Positions 1 through 10,153 of a stretch of 64,000 bases of DNA are shown piece by piece. The DNA lies in assembly GCA_964473025.1 (NCBI GenBank), contig CAYYMZ010000001.1, positions 24,163 to 88,162 on the forward strand, in the 5' to 3' direction. The notes beneath the pieces are model-generated. The model had not been told where the DNA came from, did no database searches, and saw only the letters and a program-made list of their open reading frames with translations. The DNA comes from an uncultured Candidatus Saccharibacteria bacterium (GTDB lineage: Bacteria; Patescibacteriota; UBA1384; DTJR01). A program made the position numbers and the translations under genes. Position 1 is the stretch's first letter. Every line of letters starts with the position of its first letter.

Positions 1-28
1 AAAATATCAAATATGACTTTTAACTGAT

Positions 29-1288
29 ATGGAACCAATAATCAAAATCGAGGGTTTAGGGAAAAAATATACGATAGGAACAAGAGAGCCCTATTACGCT
101 CTTCGTGATCACCTCGCTGGTTTTTTCAATTTTAGAAAACCAAAAAAGAAGAAAGAAGAGTTTTGGGCTCTTAAAAATATTAATCTTGAAATCAAGCGAG
201 GCGAAGCGATCGGCATTATCGGGCGAAATGGTGCGGGGAAAAGTACGTTGTTGAAGATTCTCTCGCAAATCACCCCTCCGACCGAAGGCAAGATCATCAT
301 GGAAGGAAGGGTAGCTTCTCTTTTAGAGGTCGGTACCGGTTTCAATCCGGAGCTGACAGGGCGGGAAAATATTTATTTAAACGGCGCGATTTTGGGTATG
401 TCGAGGTCCGAAATCCGGAAAAAATTTAATGAGATTGTCGCTTTCTCCGAAATTGAAAAATTTCTTGATACACCAGTCAAACGCTACTCGAGCGGAATGT
501 ATGTTCGGCTCGCCTTCGCGGTCGCGGCACACTTGGAGCCAGAAATTTTATTGGTTGATGAAGTTTTAGCTGTTGGTGACGCACAGTTTCAAAAAAAATG
601 CCTTGGCAAAATGAGCGAGGTAGGCAAACACGGCAGGACAGTGGTTTTTGTTTCTCACAATATGGCGGCCATATCTAATCTTTGTTCGCGTTGCATCTAT
701 TTGGAGTCGGGTCAGGTTAGATATATCGGCGAAACAAAAAAAGCAATCGAGAGATATATTAGTCAAGCAGATGATGCTTTGGGTATTAAAAAATGGAACT
801 TGAAAGATATGCCTAAATCAGAAAGCGTTCGCCTGGAATCAGTCAGAATCGTCTCCGGTGGCAAGATGACGAGAAGTGTTTATATCAACAAGGAAGTCCA
901 GGTAGAAATCTCATATAACTGTCTTAAACAAGACAGCATTCTACATCCTGTTATTCATCTACGCGATGAGCTTGGGTCTCTGGTTTTTGCTTCAGCAGAT
1001 TTCCCTTCGGCGAATTTGGGTGACAATTATTGGTATGGCAAAAAAAGGCCAGTTGGTGTTTACAAATCGACCTGCATCTTGCCAGCAAATTTTTTGAACG
1101 ACAACACATATCACTTGGATATCGGAATCGCTGATGAAAAACATGCATGGAAAATCAACGAGCTTGATGTTTTGAGCTTCACGGTCGAGGAAACGGGAGA
1201 AATGAAAAAAGAATATATGGGTGAATGGATAGGGGCGATCAGACCGAAGCTTCTCTGGGAAACAGAGCTTTTGAGAAAGGAAAAATAA
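29..1288 (+). CDS. wzt: Polysaccharide ABC exporter ATP-binding subunit (Wzt) with C-terminal carbohydrate-binding domain
   Basis: Walker A GRNGAGKST, FNPELTGREN, YSSGMYVRLAF signature, LLVDEVLAVGD; ~170 aa C-terminal extension. Confidence 0.92.
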   Translation: MEPIIKIEGLGKKYTIGTREPYYALRDHLAGFFNFRKPKKKKEEFWALKNINLEIKRGEAIGIIGRNGAGKSTLLKILSQITPPTEGKIIMEGRVASLLEVGTGFNPELTGRENIYLNGAILGMSRSEIRKKFNEIVAFSEIEKFLDTPVKRYSSGMYVRLAFAVAAHLEPEILLVDEVLAVGDAQFQKKCLGKMSEVGKHGRTVVFVSHNMAAISNLCSRCIYLESGQVRYIGETKKAIERYISQADDALGIKKWNLKDMPKSESVRLESVRIVSGGKMTRSVYINKEVQVEISYNCLKQDSILHPVIHLRDELGSLVFASADFPSANLGDNYWYGKKRPVGVYKSTCILPANFLNDNTYHLDIGIADEKHAWKINELDVLSFTVEETGEMKKEYMGEWIGAIRPKLLWETELLRKEK

Positions 1289-2985
1289 TGGGTTATGTTC
1301 GGGAAAAATACACAAGAGAATACTTCTTAAGGCAAGATGCTAATGGCAATAAAACAAATATTGGCGTTGAGGGCCTAGAGGAGTTTTTATCTGGAGATAT
1401 AAGAAAGGTGGATAAGAACCTTCTTGGAAAGATCGATTTTAAGGACAAAATTGTAGTTGACTTCGGTTTCGGACGCGGCGAGGCAATTAAGTATATATGT
1501 GAACAAGGAGCGAAGAAGGTTTACGGTGTTGATTTCTCGAAAGCGAGCATTGAAATTGCCTCGAGTATGTTAGAGCACTACGGCCACCGGGCCGACCTGG
1601 AATGTAGTGATGCTCTTGAGTATATGCAAAAGTTTGTTAAAAGTGACAAAACGGTTAAGTTTGACGTTGTTATAATGTTCGATTTTGTTGAGCATATTTC
1701 ACGAAGCGAACTCGGTCAACTGCTCTCGTATCTTAGGAAAACTATGAGCGAGAAGGGGTTGGTTGTTATTAACACTCCTATCTATAAATCTGATAATGAT
1801 GTAATCAAAGAAGGGCTCAAGGAGGAGGCGAGAGACGCAAGCGATGAAATGCCGCAAACAGAAGGTATGCACTGCAATCGATATACCAAAAAATCCTTAA
1901 TTAAATTCATGAAAAGCAATGGTTTTAATGCGATATCCCCTAAATTTTTCTCCCCAAGTTTTAAAAGTGGTTTTGCACTGACAAATGCTCAAAAATGGTC
2001 TAATGCAAAAAGAAATCTTTTCCCCGTACAGGGCCGGTATCGAAAAGATTCGTTCGAAAAAGCCTTAACTAGCGCACAAATTAGAAAAATGGGTTGGAAA
2101 AAAGTCTTTTCCCCAGCTATATTACCCATTATTTTACCTCCAGCATTTTTTATTTTAAAAAACCGACTATTTCCCTCAAAAAAGGTCCCAATCTATAGCT
2201 ACAATCCAATTTGGCATAAAATAAAGGGCGGCGCCTTAAGGGGAAAATGGTTTTATATTGACACTCACGACAATAGTTGGCAGCAAGAAATTATCGAGGG
2301 GACTTATGATAAATTCTTCTTTGATTTTCTGAAAAAATATAACCTTGAGGGTAAAACTATTTTCGATGTGGGAGCTTTTGTTGGCTCCCACAGTTTGGCC
2401 TTTGCTCAGATGGTTGGTAAAAACGGTAAAGTTTTTTCTTTTGAACCAAATGAATTTAATATTAGCCGGATGAAGAAAATCTTTAACAGGAATAAAGACT
2501 TAGGGAAAAGAATCAAAATTGTTAAAGTTGCTCTTTCAGACAAAAACGGTTCCACGGTCTTTAGCTTTAGTAATCAAATAGACAATGGTTTTAGCTCTGG
2601 CGGATTTGTTGAGGGCTCGGATACGCCGAGGGAAGAGGCAGAATATGAAAAAAGTCATTTTAAAAAGTGCTCCGTTAAAAGTGTTAAGCTTGACGATCTT
2701 GAGGCAAGGATGAAAATCAAGGATTCGCCCCTCATCATCAAAATTGATACTGAGGGGGCGGAGGGGAATATTCTCGAATCTGGGCAAAAATATTTAAAAA
2801 AACACAAGCCGATTATCTTGGTCGAAATCCATTCCCCGGAGAATATGATTCACACCGTTCAAGTTTTAAGCAAGCTTGGTTATGAGATTTCAATTTTAAA
2901 AAAAGAGATCGATGGGCGGGTTTTTCTGTCTGCCAACCCAGATATTAAAAATAAATCTTATGCAGAAATTTACCCAAAAAATTAA
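1288..2985 (+). CDS. Two-domain methyltransferase (class I SAM MT plus FkbM family)
   Basis: VVDFGFGRG and FDFVEHI in the N-half; IFDVGAFVG, FSFEPN and IKIDTEGAE in the C-half; ATG 1288 overlaps the wzt stop (TAATG). Confidence 0.85.
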   Translation: MGYVREKYTREYFLRQDANGNKTNIGVEGLEEFLSGDIRKVDKNLLGKIDFKDKIVVDFGFGRGEAIKYICEQGAKKVYGVDFSKASIEIASSMLEHYGHRADLECSDALEYMQKFVKSDKTVKFDVVIMFDFVEHISRSELGQLLSYLRKTMSEKGLVVINTPIYKSDNDVIKEGLKEEARDASDEMPQTEGMHCNRYTKKSLIKFMKSNGFNAISPKFFSPSFKSGFALTNAQKWSNAKRNLFPVQGRYRKDSFEKALTSAQIRKMGWKKVFSPAILPIILPPAFFILKNRLFPSKKVPIYSYNPIWHKIKGGALRGKWFYIDTHDNSWQQEIIEGTYDKFFFDFLKKYNLEGKTIFDVGAFVGSHSLAFAQMVGKNGKVFSFEPNEFNISRMKKIFNRNKDLGKRIKIVKVALSDKNGSTVFSFSNQIDNGFSSGGFVEGSDTPREEAEYEKSHFKKCSVKSVKLDDLEARMKIKDSPLIIKIDTEGAEGNILESGQKYLKKHKPIILVEIHSPENMIHTVQVLSKLGYEISILKKEIDGRVFLSANPDIKNKSYAEIYPKN

Positions 2986-3973
2986 ACAGACAGTTTTGCA
3001 AAAATTCTTTACGCTTTTTTGTCTGATGCTTGAAAAGCCTTTGTTTTATGACTGGGCCTCAATTTTTTTCTCGAGAGTTGCCGTAAATGGAACGGGTAGC
3101 AATAAATGCTTAAAAAGAGGTTTTTTGCCAGTTCCGGTTCATTTTTATTCTCCGATTCCCGATCTTAAGGACTTAGAGAAACGGAAGGTTTGGGACCAAA
3201 AAAGCAATCTTTCTGGGTTAGAGTTTGACATCAAAGAGCATCTCGCCTTTCTTCAGAGATTGGGTGAAAAATACGGCAAAGAATGTTCTTGGAAATTTGA
3301 GAAAACAGCCAAGGAAAGTGAATTTTACCTTGACAATAAAAGCTTTCTTTTTGGTGACGCCGCTTCCCTACACTCAATAATCAGAGAGTTTAAGCCAAGC
3401 CGGGTAATTGAAATCGGTTCCGGCAACTCATCCAAAATTATTTCCCAAGCCCTGAAGCTAAATAAAGAGGAGGGCGGAAAGAGTGGCGAATACACGATTA
3501 TTGATCCTTATTCTCTTAGGCATATTAGAAAAGGAGTGATAAATTACACGCATTTGATTAAGGAAAGGGTTGAATTAGTCGACCCTAAGATTTTTGAGCA
3601 ACTTGGGAAAAATGACATACTTTTTATCGACTCCAGCCATTCTGTAAAGATAGGGTCGGACGTCAATTTCCTTTTCTTAGAAGTGTTGGGGCGACTCAAA
3701 AGTGGAGTCTTTATACATTGCCACGATATCGACTTGCCTTATGAGTATCCAAAGTGTTATGCCACCGAAGAAAAATTCCACCAATTTTGGACCGAGCGCT
3801 ATCTCCTACAGGCCTTTCTTGCTTTTAACAATCAATTCGAAATTGTTTTGCCAATGGCCTACCTAATGCGTAATTATATTTCACGTTTCAAAAAACTTTT
3901 TCCATCTTATGATCCAAAAAAGCCGGGAGGGCGGCTTAGTATTAGTGTGAGTTTTTGGATGAGAAGAAAATAA
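2960..3973 (+). CDS. Class I SAM-dependent methyltransferase (Methyltransf_24-like)
   Basis: VIEIGSGNS, ILFIDSSH and IHCHDI motifs; start placed at MQKF. Confidence 0.82.
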   Translation: MQKFTQKIKQTVLQKFFTLFCLMLEKPLFYDWASIFFSRVAVNGTGSNKCLKRGFLPVPVHFYSPIPDLKDLEKRKVWDQKSNLSGLEFDIKEHLAFLQRLGEKYGKECSWKFEKTAKESEFYLDNKSFLFGDAASLHSIIREFKPSRVIEIGSGNSSKIISQALKLNKEEGGKSGEYTIIDPYSLRHIRKGVINYTHLIKERVELVDPKIFEQLGKNDILFIDSSHSVKIGSDVNFLFLEVLGRLKSGVFIHCHDIDLPYEYPKCYATEEKFHQFWTERYLLQAFLAFNNQFEIVLPMAYLMRNYISRFKKLFPSYDPKKPGGRLSISVSFWMRRK

Positions 3974-3985
3974 AATCGGTGTTTA

Positions 3986-5167
3986 ATGAAAAATAAGATT
4001 GCGATCCTTTCTCACGTCCTGCCTCCCTCGAGCAATGGACAAGCGATCATGCTTTACCGCCTGCTTGAGAAAACCCCGAAACAAGACTACATCTTGATTT
4101 TAAGCAGGAAATATCTCGGCAGAGAAAAAGAGCCAAGAAGTTCAAAAAAACTTGCCGGGAAATATTATACTCTCGAGATACCAAAAGAAACCGAACTAAC
4201 GATCCGCGAGTATATGAAAAAATCATTATACCGGCGTGCGGTCAGCTTTATCAGCACGGTCAGAACTCAAACAAAGCAATTGAAATCAATCCTAATTTCC
4301 GAAAAATGTGAAACGTTAGTTGCCTGCACCGGCGGATTTTTTGATCTTTTCGCCGCCTATCTCGCGGTCAGAAAATTAAAAATCCGCTTTGTGATTTATT
4401 CTTTTGATGACTACGTTTATCAGTGGACGGGAATTTTAAGGGTAATGGTGCGAATGATTGCAAAAAGAGCTTTTAAAAGAGCAGATCAACTGATTGCACC
4501 GAATGAATTTTTGCAAAAAGCATATTTCTCGCGCTACGGTAAAAAAAGCGTTATCGTCCGTAACCCATATATTCCATTTCGCATATCGAAGCAAAAAAAG
4601 GTCTTTAACAAAAAAGAAATCAACATTGTCTACACCGGTTCGGTTTATTTCGCTCATTTTGATGCGTTTAGAAATTTGATCAAAGCAATAGAGCTTTTAG
4701 ATATGCCTGCTAAGCTCCATATTTTTACGGGTCAGCCCAAACAAAAGCTTGAGAAGGAAGGCATTTCCGGTCGGCAGGTTATTTTCCATAAAAACGTTGA
4801 TCAAAGCGAAACCTGCAATGTCCAAAAACAAGCAGATATTCTTTTTTTACCCCTTGCTTTTGATTCTCCGATCGGTGAAACAATTAAAACCTCGGCTCCG
4901 GGTAAGATGGGCGAATATCTATCTTCCGGCCGGCCCATTCTAGTTCATGCCCCCAAGAATTCATACATTAGTTGGTATTTTAAGAAGAATAAGTGCGGCG
5001 TGGTCGCTGATACACCCGATCCAAAGCAATTAGCCGAAGCAATTGCCGAAATGATTAAAAATAAAAGTAAATCAAAAGAATTTATTAGGAATGCAATAAG
5101 ACGAGCCAAGTCGGATTTCTCACTTGAAAAAGCGCGCAAAAACTTTAGCAGTGTAATTTCCGAATGA
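3986..5167 (+). CDS. Glycosyltransferase family 4
   Basis: ADILFLP...PGKMGEYLSSGRPIL C-terminal GT-B motif. Confidence 0.85.
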   Translation: MKNKIAILSHVLPPSSNGQAIMLYRLLEKTPKQDYILILSRKYLGREKEPRSSKKLAGKYYTLEIPKETELTIREYMKKSLYRRAVSFISTVRTQTKQLKSILISEKCETLVACTGGFFDLFAAYLAVRKLKIRFVIYSFDDYVYQWTGILRVMVRMIAKRAFKRADQLIAPNEFLQKAYFSRYGKKSVIVRNPYIPFRISKQKKVFNKKEINIVYTGSVYFAHFDAFRNLIKAIELLDMPAKLHIFTGQPKQKLEKEGISGRQVIFHKNVDQSETCNVQKQADILFLPLAFDSPIGETIKTSAPGKMGEYLSSGRPILVHAPKNSYISWYFKKNKCGVVADTPDPKQLAEAIAEMIKNKSKSKEFIRNAIRRAKSDFSLEKARKNFSSVISE

Positions 5168-6390
5168 TGAAAACATTACTCCTTTCCCCTTCCTTGCCAA
5201 ACAAAAAATCCTCGGGCGGTATCATGATTTGTGATCTCTTGAGCTTGGTCAAAGAAGACGAGATTTTTGCTTTCGTAGCCAGAGACCCGCATTTAAAAAA
5301 CGTTTTAATTGAAAAATATCCTGCTCTTTCTGACATAGAAACAATCAAAAGACCAATAGAGTCGCCTTATAGTTTCCCGAGATGGTTTTTTGATAAAGCT
5401 CTCTCGCGGCAAATCGAAAAAATAAAAGATTTTTATATCAAATGGCGAGTAATTAGAAGAGCAGTTAGGTATGGCAAAAGAAACGGGGTTGAATGTGTTT
5501 GGGCGGTCCTTCAGGGTAAAACAATGATTATTAGTGCCCTTAAAGTTGCAAAAGCACTAGGCGTGCCCTTGATTTCTCAAATTTGGGATGAGCCCAAGTG
5601 GATTCTATCTGACACGGGAATTGACCAAAAAACCAAAGTAAAAATACTTAAGATTTTTGGGGAGACGGTTAAAGCAAGCAAGGTCTGTGCTACTGCGTCT
5701 GAGCCAATGGCTAAGAAATATCAAGACAAATACCGCACTAAAACAGTTGTCTTTATGGGAAGCTTGGATGCAAAAATGGCCCTCTCTGCGGCAAAGCGCA
5801 TAAATTATGGCAATAACTTAAAAATTGGTTTTGCCGGGCAGTTGTACGCAACCTCCGAGTGGAAAGCATTAATCTTGGCACTTGACGAAGTTGACTGGAA
5901 AATTCGCGGTAGGCGTGTTACTATTCACCTCTTGGGCGGGTTTGGTTCATCTGAAATGCAAAATCTGCCATCAAACCGGGTTGTAAATTTGGGCTACAAA
6001 TCACAACAGCAAACAATAAAAATTTTATCAAAAATGGATATCCTTTATTGCCCATATTGGTTCGACGAGGAGCACAGAGGTATTGCCAAAACAAGTTTTC
6101 CCAGCAAGCTAACAACCTATTTTGCAGCGGGTAGGCCGGTATTTTTCCATGGGCCGGAGTATTCCTCACCAGCGAAGTTTATCAGGGAAAACAAATGTGG
6201 TGTATTATGCCACTCGCTGAGAAGCAAAGATATTGTGAAACAATTTGAAGAGCTTTTGAGTGATCGCAAAAGATATAGTCAGATTACGCGAGCAGGGAGA
6301 GTGGCCTTTGATAAATATCTGACTTATGGTAATCTCTCAAATCAGCTAACAGTTTTTCTAAATATAGCGAAAGAGAGTATTTCAAGATGA
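5164..6390 (+). CDS. Glycosyltransferase family 4
   Basis: MDILYCP...FPSKLTTYFAAGRPV motif; coupled to neighbours. Confidence 0.82.
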   Translation: MMKTLLLSPSLPNKKSSGGIMICDLLSLVKEDEIFAFVARDPHLKNVLIEKYPALSDIETIKRPIESPYSFPRWFFDKALSRQIEKIKDFYIKWRVIRRAVRYGKRNGVECVWAVLQGKTMIISALKVAKALGVPLISQIWDEPKWILSDTGIDQKTKVKILKIFGETVKASKVCATASEPMAKKYQDKYRTKTVVFMGSLDAKMALSAAKRINYGNNLKIGFAGQLYATSEWKALILALDEVDWKIRGRRVTIHLLGGFGSSEMQNLPSNRVVNLGYKSQQQTIKILSKMDILYCPYWFDEEHRGIAKTSFPSKLTTYFAAGRPVFFHGPEYSSPAKFIRENKCGVLCHSLRSKDIVKQFEELLSDRKRYSQITRAGRVAFDKYLTYGNLSNQLTVFLNIAKESISR

Positions 6391-8675
6391 AAATATTAAT
6401 TGTAGCTTTCTCGGAGAGTATTCATGTTACCCGTTGGATTAATCAGCTGGAAGGCAGCAAAATCAAAGTTTATCTTTTTCCGAGTGTTGACAACGGAGTG
6501 ACTAATAAAGAGCTAAAAGACGCAACCGTTTTTCATTCATTCTACGGGAATCTGTCTTATCGAAATAAAAATGTAAAAACCAAAGGCATTCCAGTTTTAA
6601 GCCACTTGATTGGAATTGTGCTGAGGATGATTTTAAAAAAAATCAGACCTAATTATCACCAGGAGCGCCTGCGCCGGGTTATTAAAAAGATCAGGCCGGA
6701 TATTATTCATTCGATGGAGATTCAACATTCGTCTTATCTGGTTAGCGAGATTAAAAATAACTGGAAAGGAAATTTTCCGAAATGGATTGTAACTAACTGG
6801 GGAAGCGACATCTATCTTTACGGACAGCTTCCAGAACATCGAGAGAAAATAAAAAAGGTGCTAAGCTCTTGCGATTACTATTCATGTGAATGTCAAAGAG
6901 ATATTTTGCTCGGCAAAAAACACGGATTTTCAAAAGCCACTCTGCCAGTTTTTCCAAATTCTGGCGGGTTTAATTTGAAGAGATTAAAAAAAATTCGCGA
7001 AAAAATACCGCCCTCAAAGAGAAGGACGATTATCGTAAAGGGTTATCAAGGTTGGGCTGGAAGGGCCCAAGTGGCTCTACATGCGCTTGATTGTTGCGGA
7101 AAGCTGATAGATGGTTACCGCCTTGTAGTTTATTCTATCCAGCCTGATACGGGCGTTGGAATTGCCGCAGAACTTTTAGCTCAAAAATATAACTTGAGAC
7201 TAGTCCTTGTACCACTCCATACATCCCATGAGCAGATCCTAAAATATATGTCTCAAGCGCGGATCTCGATTGGTGTAAGTATTTCCGATGCAATTTCGAC
7301 AATGGTTTTAGAAGCGATGGTTATGGGATCCTTCCCGATCCAATCCAACACCTCCTGCGCTAATGAGTGGATCAAATCTGGCAAAACAGGTATGATTGTT
7401 CCGCCGGAGGATCCGGAGGTAATCGAGCGAGCAATAAGAAATGCTCTCACAAATGACAAGCTTGTCGACCGCGCCGCGCTCTTGAATTGGAAGGTGGCCG
7501 AGAAACAACTGGATCACAAATTAATAAAAAAGAAAATTATAAGGTTTTATAATGAGGTAACAAATATGAAAACAAATAAAACGTTTGTAACAGGAATTTT
7601 TGGTAGTGGCAAAACAACCTTTGTCAAGAAGTATGCCAAGGAGAACAAGATTAAACTTATTTCCTTTGATTGGAGCTTTAATTATCGCATAAAAGGAAAT
7701 CAATCACGCCGAATTTTACAAAATCTGCCGGAGCGTTTTGTGATGGACGCAATTCCAATCGACGAACAGGGTAGTTGGGATGATTTTATTGAGTATGAGA
7801 AAAAACGCGACGACGTTTCGGTCGTCTGTATTTATTGTCCCTCGATGAGCGTTTGGTTGAGAAGGGTTGGCAAGAGGCGGTCTATTATAAGGGTTGGCAA
7901 GAGAGCGGTCTATTATAAGGATTTTATGGGCGCCTTAAAATACTCGGCTAAAAAAACTCTGAGAAAGAGAATTATTCCTATTAACATTGAAGAGTTAAAT
8001 AAAGATTACCGCAGTTTTTTCACCGGCACTTTGACATCATTAAAAAAGTTCAAATCTGTCCGATATTATGACTCCTGCGCCAATGAATATACTACCCTTG
8101 GGGAGATGCTAAAGAGAATCAAAATTGACACCTTCCCATTCCAGGACTATCTCCAGAGTCGGCCCGAAGGTTATGACAAATACTATCAGGATATCGAAAT
8201 AATCAATTTCAAGGGATATTCAGAATCCTACAAAACATGGAATATTATCAAGGATTTAGTTAACTGGAAGGGAAAGGATGTAGTTGATTTAGGTTGCTTT
8301 CAAGGTTATTTTTCGTTTAAAGCCGAAGATGCCGGGGCTAACGTTATCGGCCTGGAAAAAAGCGAAACGGTTTTGAAAACAGCTAGATGGATAAATAAAT
8401 TAAGGGGTGGAAAGGTAAAATTAAGACAATGGGAGGGCGGAGAACTTATTCCGAAATGCGACATCGTTTTGTGTCTTAACGTCCTTCATCATTTTCCCGA
8501 CCCTGATAAGGTTATTGAGATGATGAATTGTAAAAAAATGATCTTCGAGATTAACAAAAAAGATCGGCCGATAGTTGAAAGACACTTGAAAGTTATAAAA
8601 ACCGTCCGGTCCCAAAGGGTAAAAAGGACGATTCTATTATGCGAGGCCAAGAAAGATCTTAAGAAATCTGCCTAA
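6387..8675 (+). CDS. Fusion protein: GT4 glycosyltransferase + P-loop kinase-like domain + SAM methyltransferase
   Basis: DAISTMVLEAMVMG (GT4), GIFGSGKTT (Walker A), VVDLGCFQG and LNVLHH (MT). Confidence 0.8.
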   Translation: MKILIVAFSESIHVTRWINQLEGSKIKVYLFPSVDNGVTNKELKDATVFHSFYGNLSYRNKNVKTKGIPVLSHLIGIVLRMILKKIRPNYHQERLRRVIKKIRPDIIHSMEIQHSSYLVSEIKNNWKGNFPKWIVTNWGSDIYLYGQLPEHREKIKKVLSSCDYYSCECQRDILLGKKHGFSKATLPVFPNSGGFNLKRLKKIREKIPPSKRRTIIVKGYQGWAGRAQVALHALDCCGKLIDGYRLVVYSIQPDTGVGIAAELLAQKYNLRLVLVPLHTSHEQILKYMSQARISIGVSISDAISTMVLEAMVMGSFPIQSNTSCANEWIKSGKTGMIVPPEDPEVIERAIRNALTNDKLVDRAALLNWKVAEKQLDHKLIKKKIIRFYNEVTNMKTNKTFVTGIFGSGKTTFVKKYAKENKIKLISFDWSFNYRIKGNQSRRILQNLPERFVMDAIPIDEQGSWDDFIEYEKKRDDVSVVCIYCPSMSVWLRRVGKRRSIIRVGKRAVYYKDFMGALKYSAKKTLRKRIIPINIEELNKDYRSFFTGTLTSLKKFKSVRYYDSCANEYTTLGEMLKRIKIDTFPFQDYLQSRPEGYDKYYQDIEIINFKGYSESYKTWNIIKDLVNWKGKDVVDLGCFQGYFSFKAEDAGANVIGLEKSETVLKTARWINKLRGGKVKLRQWEGGELIPKCDIVLCLNVLHHFPDPDKVIEMMNCKKMIFEINKKDRPIVERHLKVIKTVRSQRVKRTILLCEAKKDLKKSA
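7862..7916 (+). repeat. Imperfect tandem duplication (27 bp + 28 bp) inside the CDS
   Basis: aagggttggcaagaggcggtctattat followed by aagggttggcaagagagcggtctattat. Confidence 0.9.
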
Positions 8676-8736
8676 TCAGCTGGGTTGACTCTAAAGTATT
8701 ATCTGATAGTTTATAAAAAAATAGCAGAGGTGAAAT

Positions 8737-9687
8737 ATGAAAGTATTAGTTGTTGGTGGAGCGGGATATTTGGGCGGTGCAGTCACGGACCTTTTGGCCC
8801 AAACCGATCATAAATTCAGGGTCTACGATGCCCTTTTGTACGAAGATGCATATTTAAAAAAAGTTGACTTTGTTTATGGTGATATCCGCGACAGAAAAAA
8901 ACTTTTAACTAATCTAAGATGGGCCGACGTGGTCGTGTTTTTAGCGGCACTAGTCGGAGATGGCGCCTGTGCCATCAATCCCGATATCTCGACAGAGTTA
9001 AACCACCTTGCCGTTGCTTGGTTGGCTGAAAATTTTGATGGCAGAATTATTTTTATGTCAACCTGCTCGGTTTATGGGGCGCAAGATGAGATTTTAAACG
9101 AAAAATCACCGATTAATCCATTGTCAGTTTATGCTGTGACTAAATTTGCCGCTGAAGTTCACCTTAAGAACAAAGATGCCATTATTTTCCGCCTCGGAAC
9201 ACTTTTTGGTGTCTCGGATGAATTTTCTAGGATTCGACTTGACTTAGTTGTAAATACGATGACCGCAAAAGCATATTCTGAAGGAGAGCTTAAAGTTTTT
9301 GGCGGTACGCAATACAGGCCGCTACTGCACGTCAAAGATGCGGCTCAGGCGATTGTGGATAATCTTGAAACCAAGCACAAAGGAATCTATAACTTACATA
9401 AAATAAATATCAAAATTTCTGATTTGGCCGAGGAGGTCAAAAAGCAATTCCCCAAAGTAAAAATTGAAAAGGTAAAAATGAAATTCGAAGATTCCAGAAA
9501 TTACCGGGTTTCATCTGATTTGGCCAAAAAAACCTTCGGGTTTAATCCACAATACTCGCCTTCTGATGGGATCAAAGAGCTTAAGAAAATTCTAGAAGAG
9601 GGACGGATTAGAGATCTTAATAGTCCGCGGTATACCAATCAAATGTTTTTAACACAATTTAATACCCATAAGTTGTGCAAGGAGTAA
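8737..9687 (+). CDS. NAD-dependent epimerase/dehydratase
   Basis: GGAGYLG, STCSVYG, YAVTK, FRLGTLFG. Confidence 0.9.
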   Translation: MKVLVVGGAGYLGGAVTDLLAQTDHKFRVYDALLYEDAYLKKVDFVYGDIRDRKKLLTNLRWADVVVFLAALVGDGACAINPDISTELNHLAVAWLAENFDGRIIFMSTCSVYGAQDEILNEKSPINPLSVYAVTKFAAEVHLKNKDAIIFRLGTLFGVSDEFSRIRLDLVVNTMTAKAYSEGELKVFGGTQYRPLLHVKDAAQAIVDNLETKHKGIYNLHKINIKISDLAEEVKKQFPKVKIEKVKMKFEDSRNYRVSSDLAKKTFGFNPQYSPSDGIKELKKILEEGRIRDLNSPRYTNQMFLTQFNTHKLCKE

Positions 9688-9688
9688 A

Positions 9689-10153
9689 ATGCCAAAAGAA
9701 AAAGAATCAAATGAAGAAAAACCATATTTAATTGAGGGTGGAATTGCTATCGATGATCGAGGTCAGCTTGTATTTTCAAACGATTTTGATTTCAAGGGTA
9801 TCAAGAGATTTTATATGGTCGCAAACCATAAAGAAGGAATGGTGCGCGCTTGGCATGCCCACAAAAAAGAGGCGAAGTATGTTCTGGTCACAAATGGCGC
9901 GGCAGTTGCGGGAGCGGTCAAGGTAGACAATTGGGAAAATCCTTCTAAGTGGGTAGAAGTTAATCGCTTTGTCCTCTCGGCTAAAAAACCTTCTCTTTTG
10001 TATATTCCGGCGGGTTATGCTAATGGTTTTATGAACTTGACTGCTGATACTCAAATTATGTTTTTCTCGACCTTGACACTAGAGGAATCAAAGGGCGACG
10101 ACTTCCGTTTCGATGCCAGATATTGGGATATCTGGGAGGTTATTGAGCGTTAA
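9689..10153 (+). CDS. dTDP-4-dehydrorhamnose 3,5-epimerase (RmlC)-like cupin
   Basis: DDRG, RAWHAH and LYIPAGYANGF motifs. Confidence 0.82.
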   Translation: MPKEKESNEEKPYLIEGGIAIDDRGQLVFSNDFDFKGIKRFYMVANHKEGMVRAWHAHKKEAKYVLVTNGAAVAGAVKVDNWENPSKWVEVNRFVLSAKKPSLLYIPAGYANGFMNLTADTQIMFFSTLTLEESKGDDFRFDARYWDIWEVIER

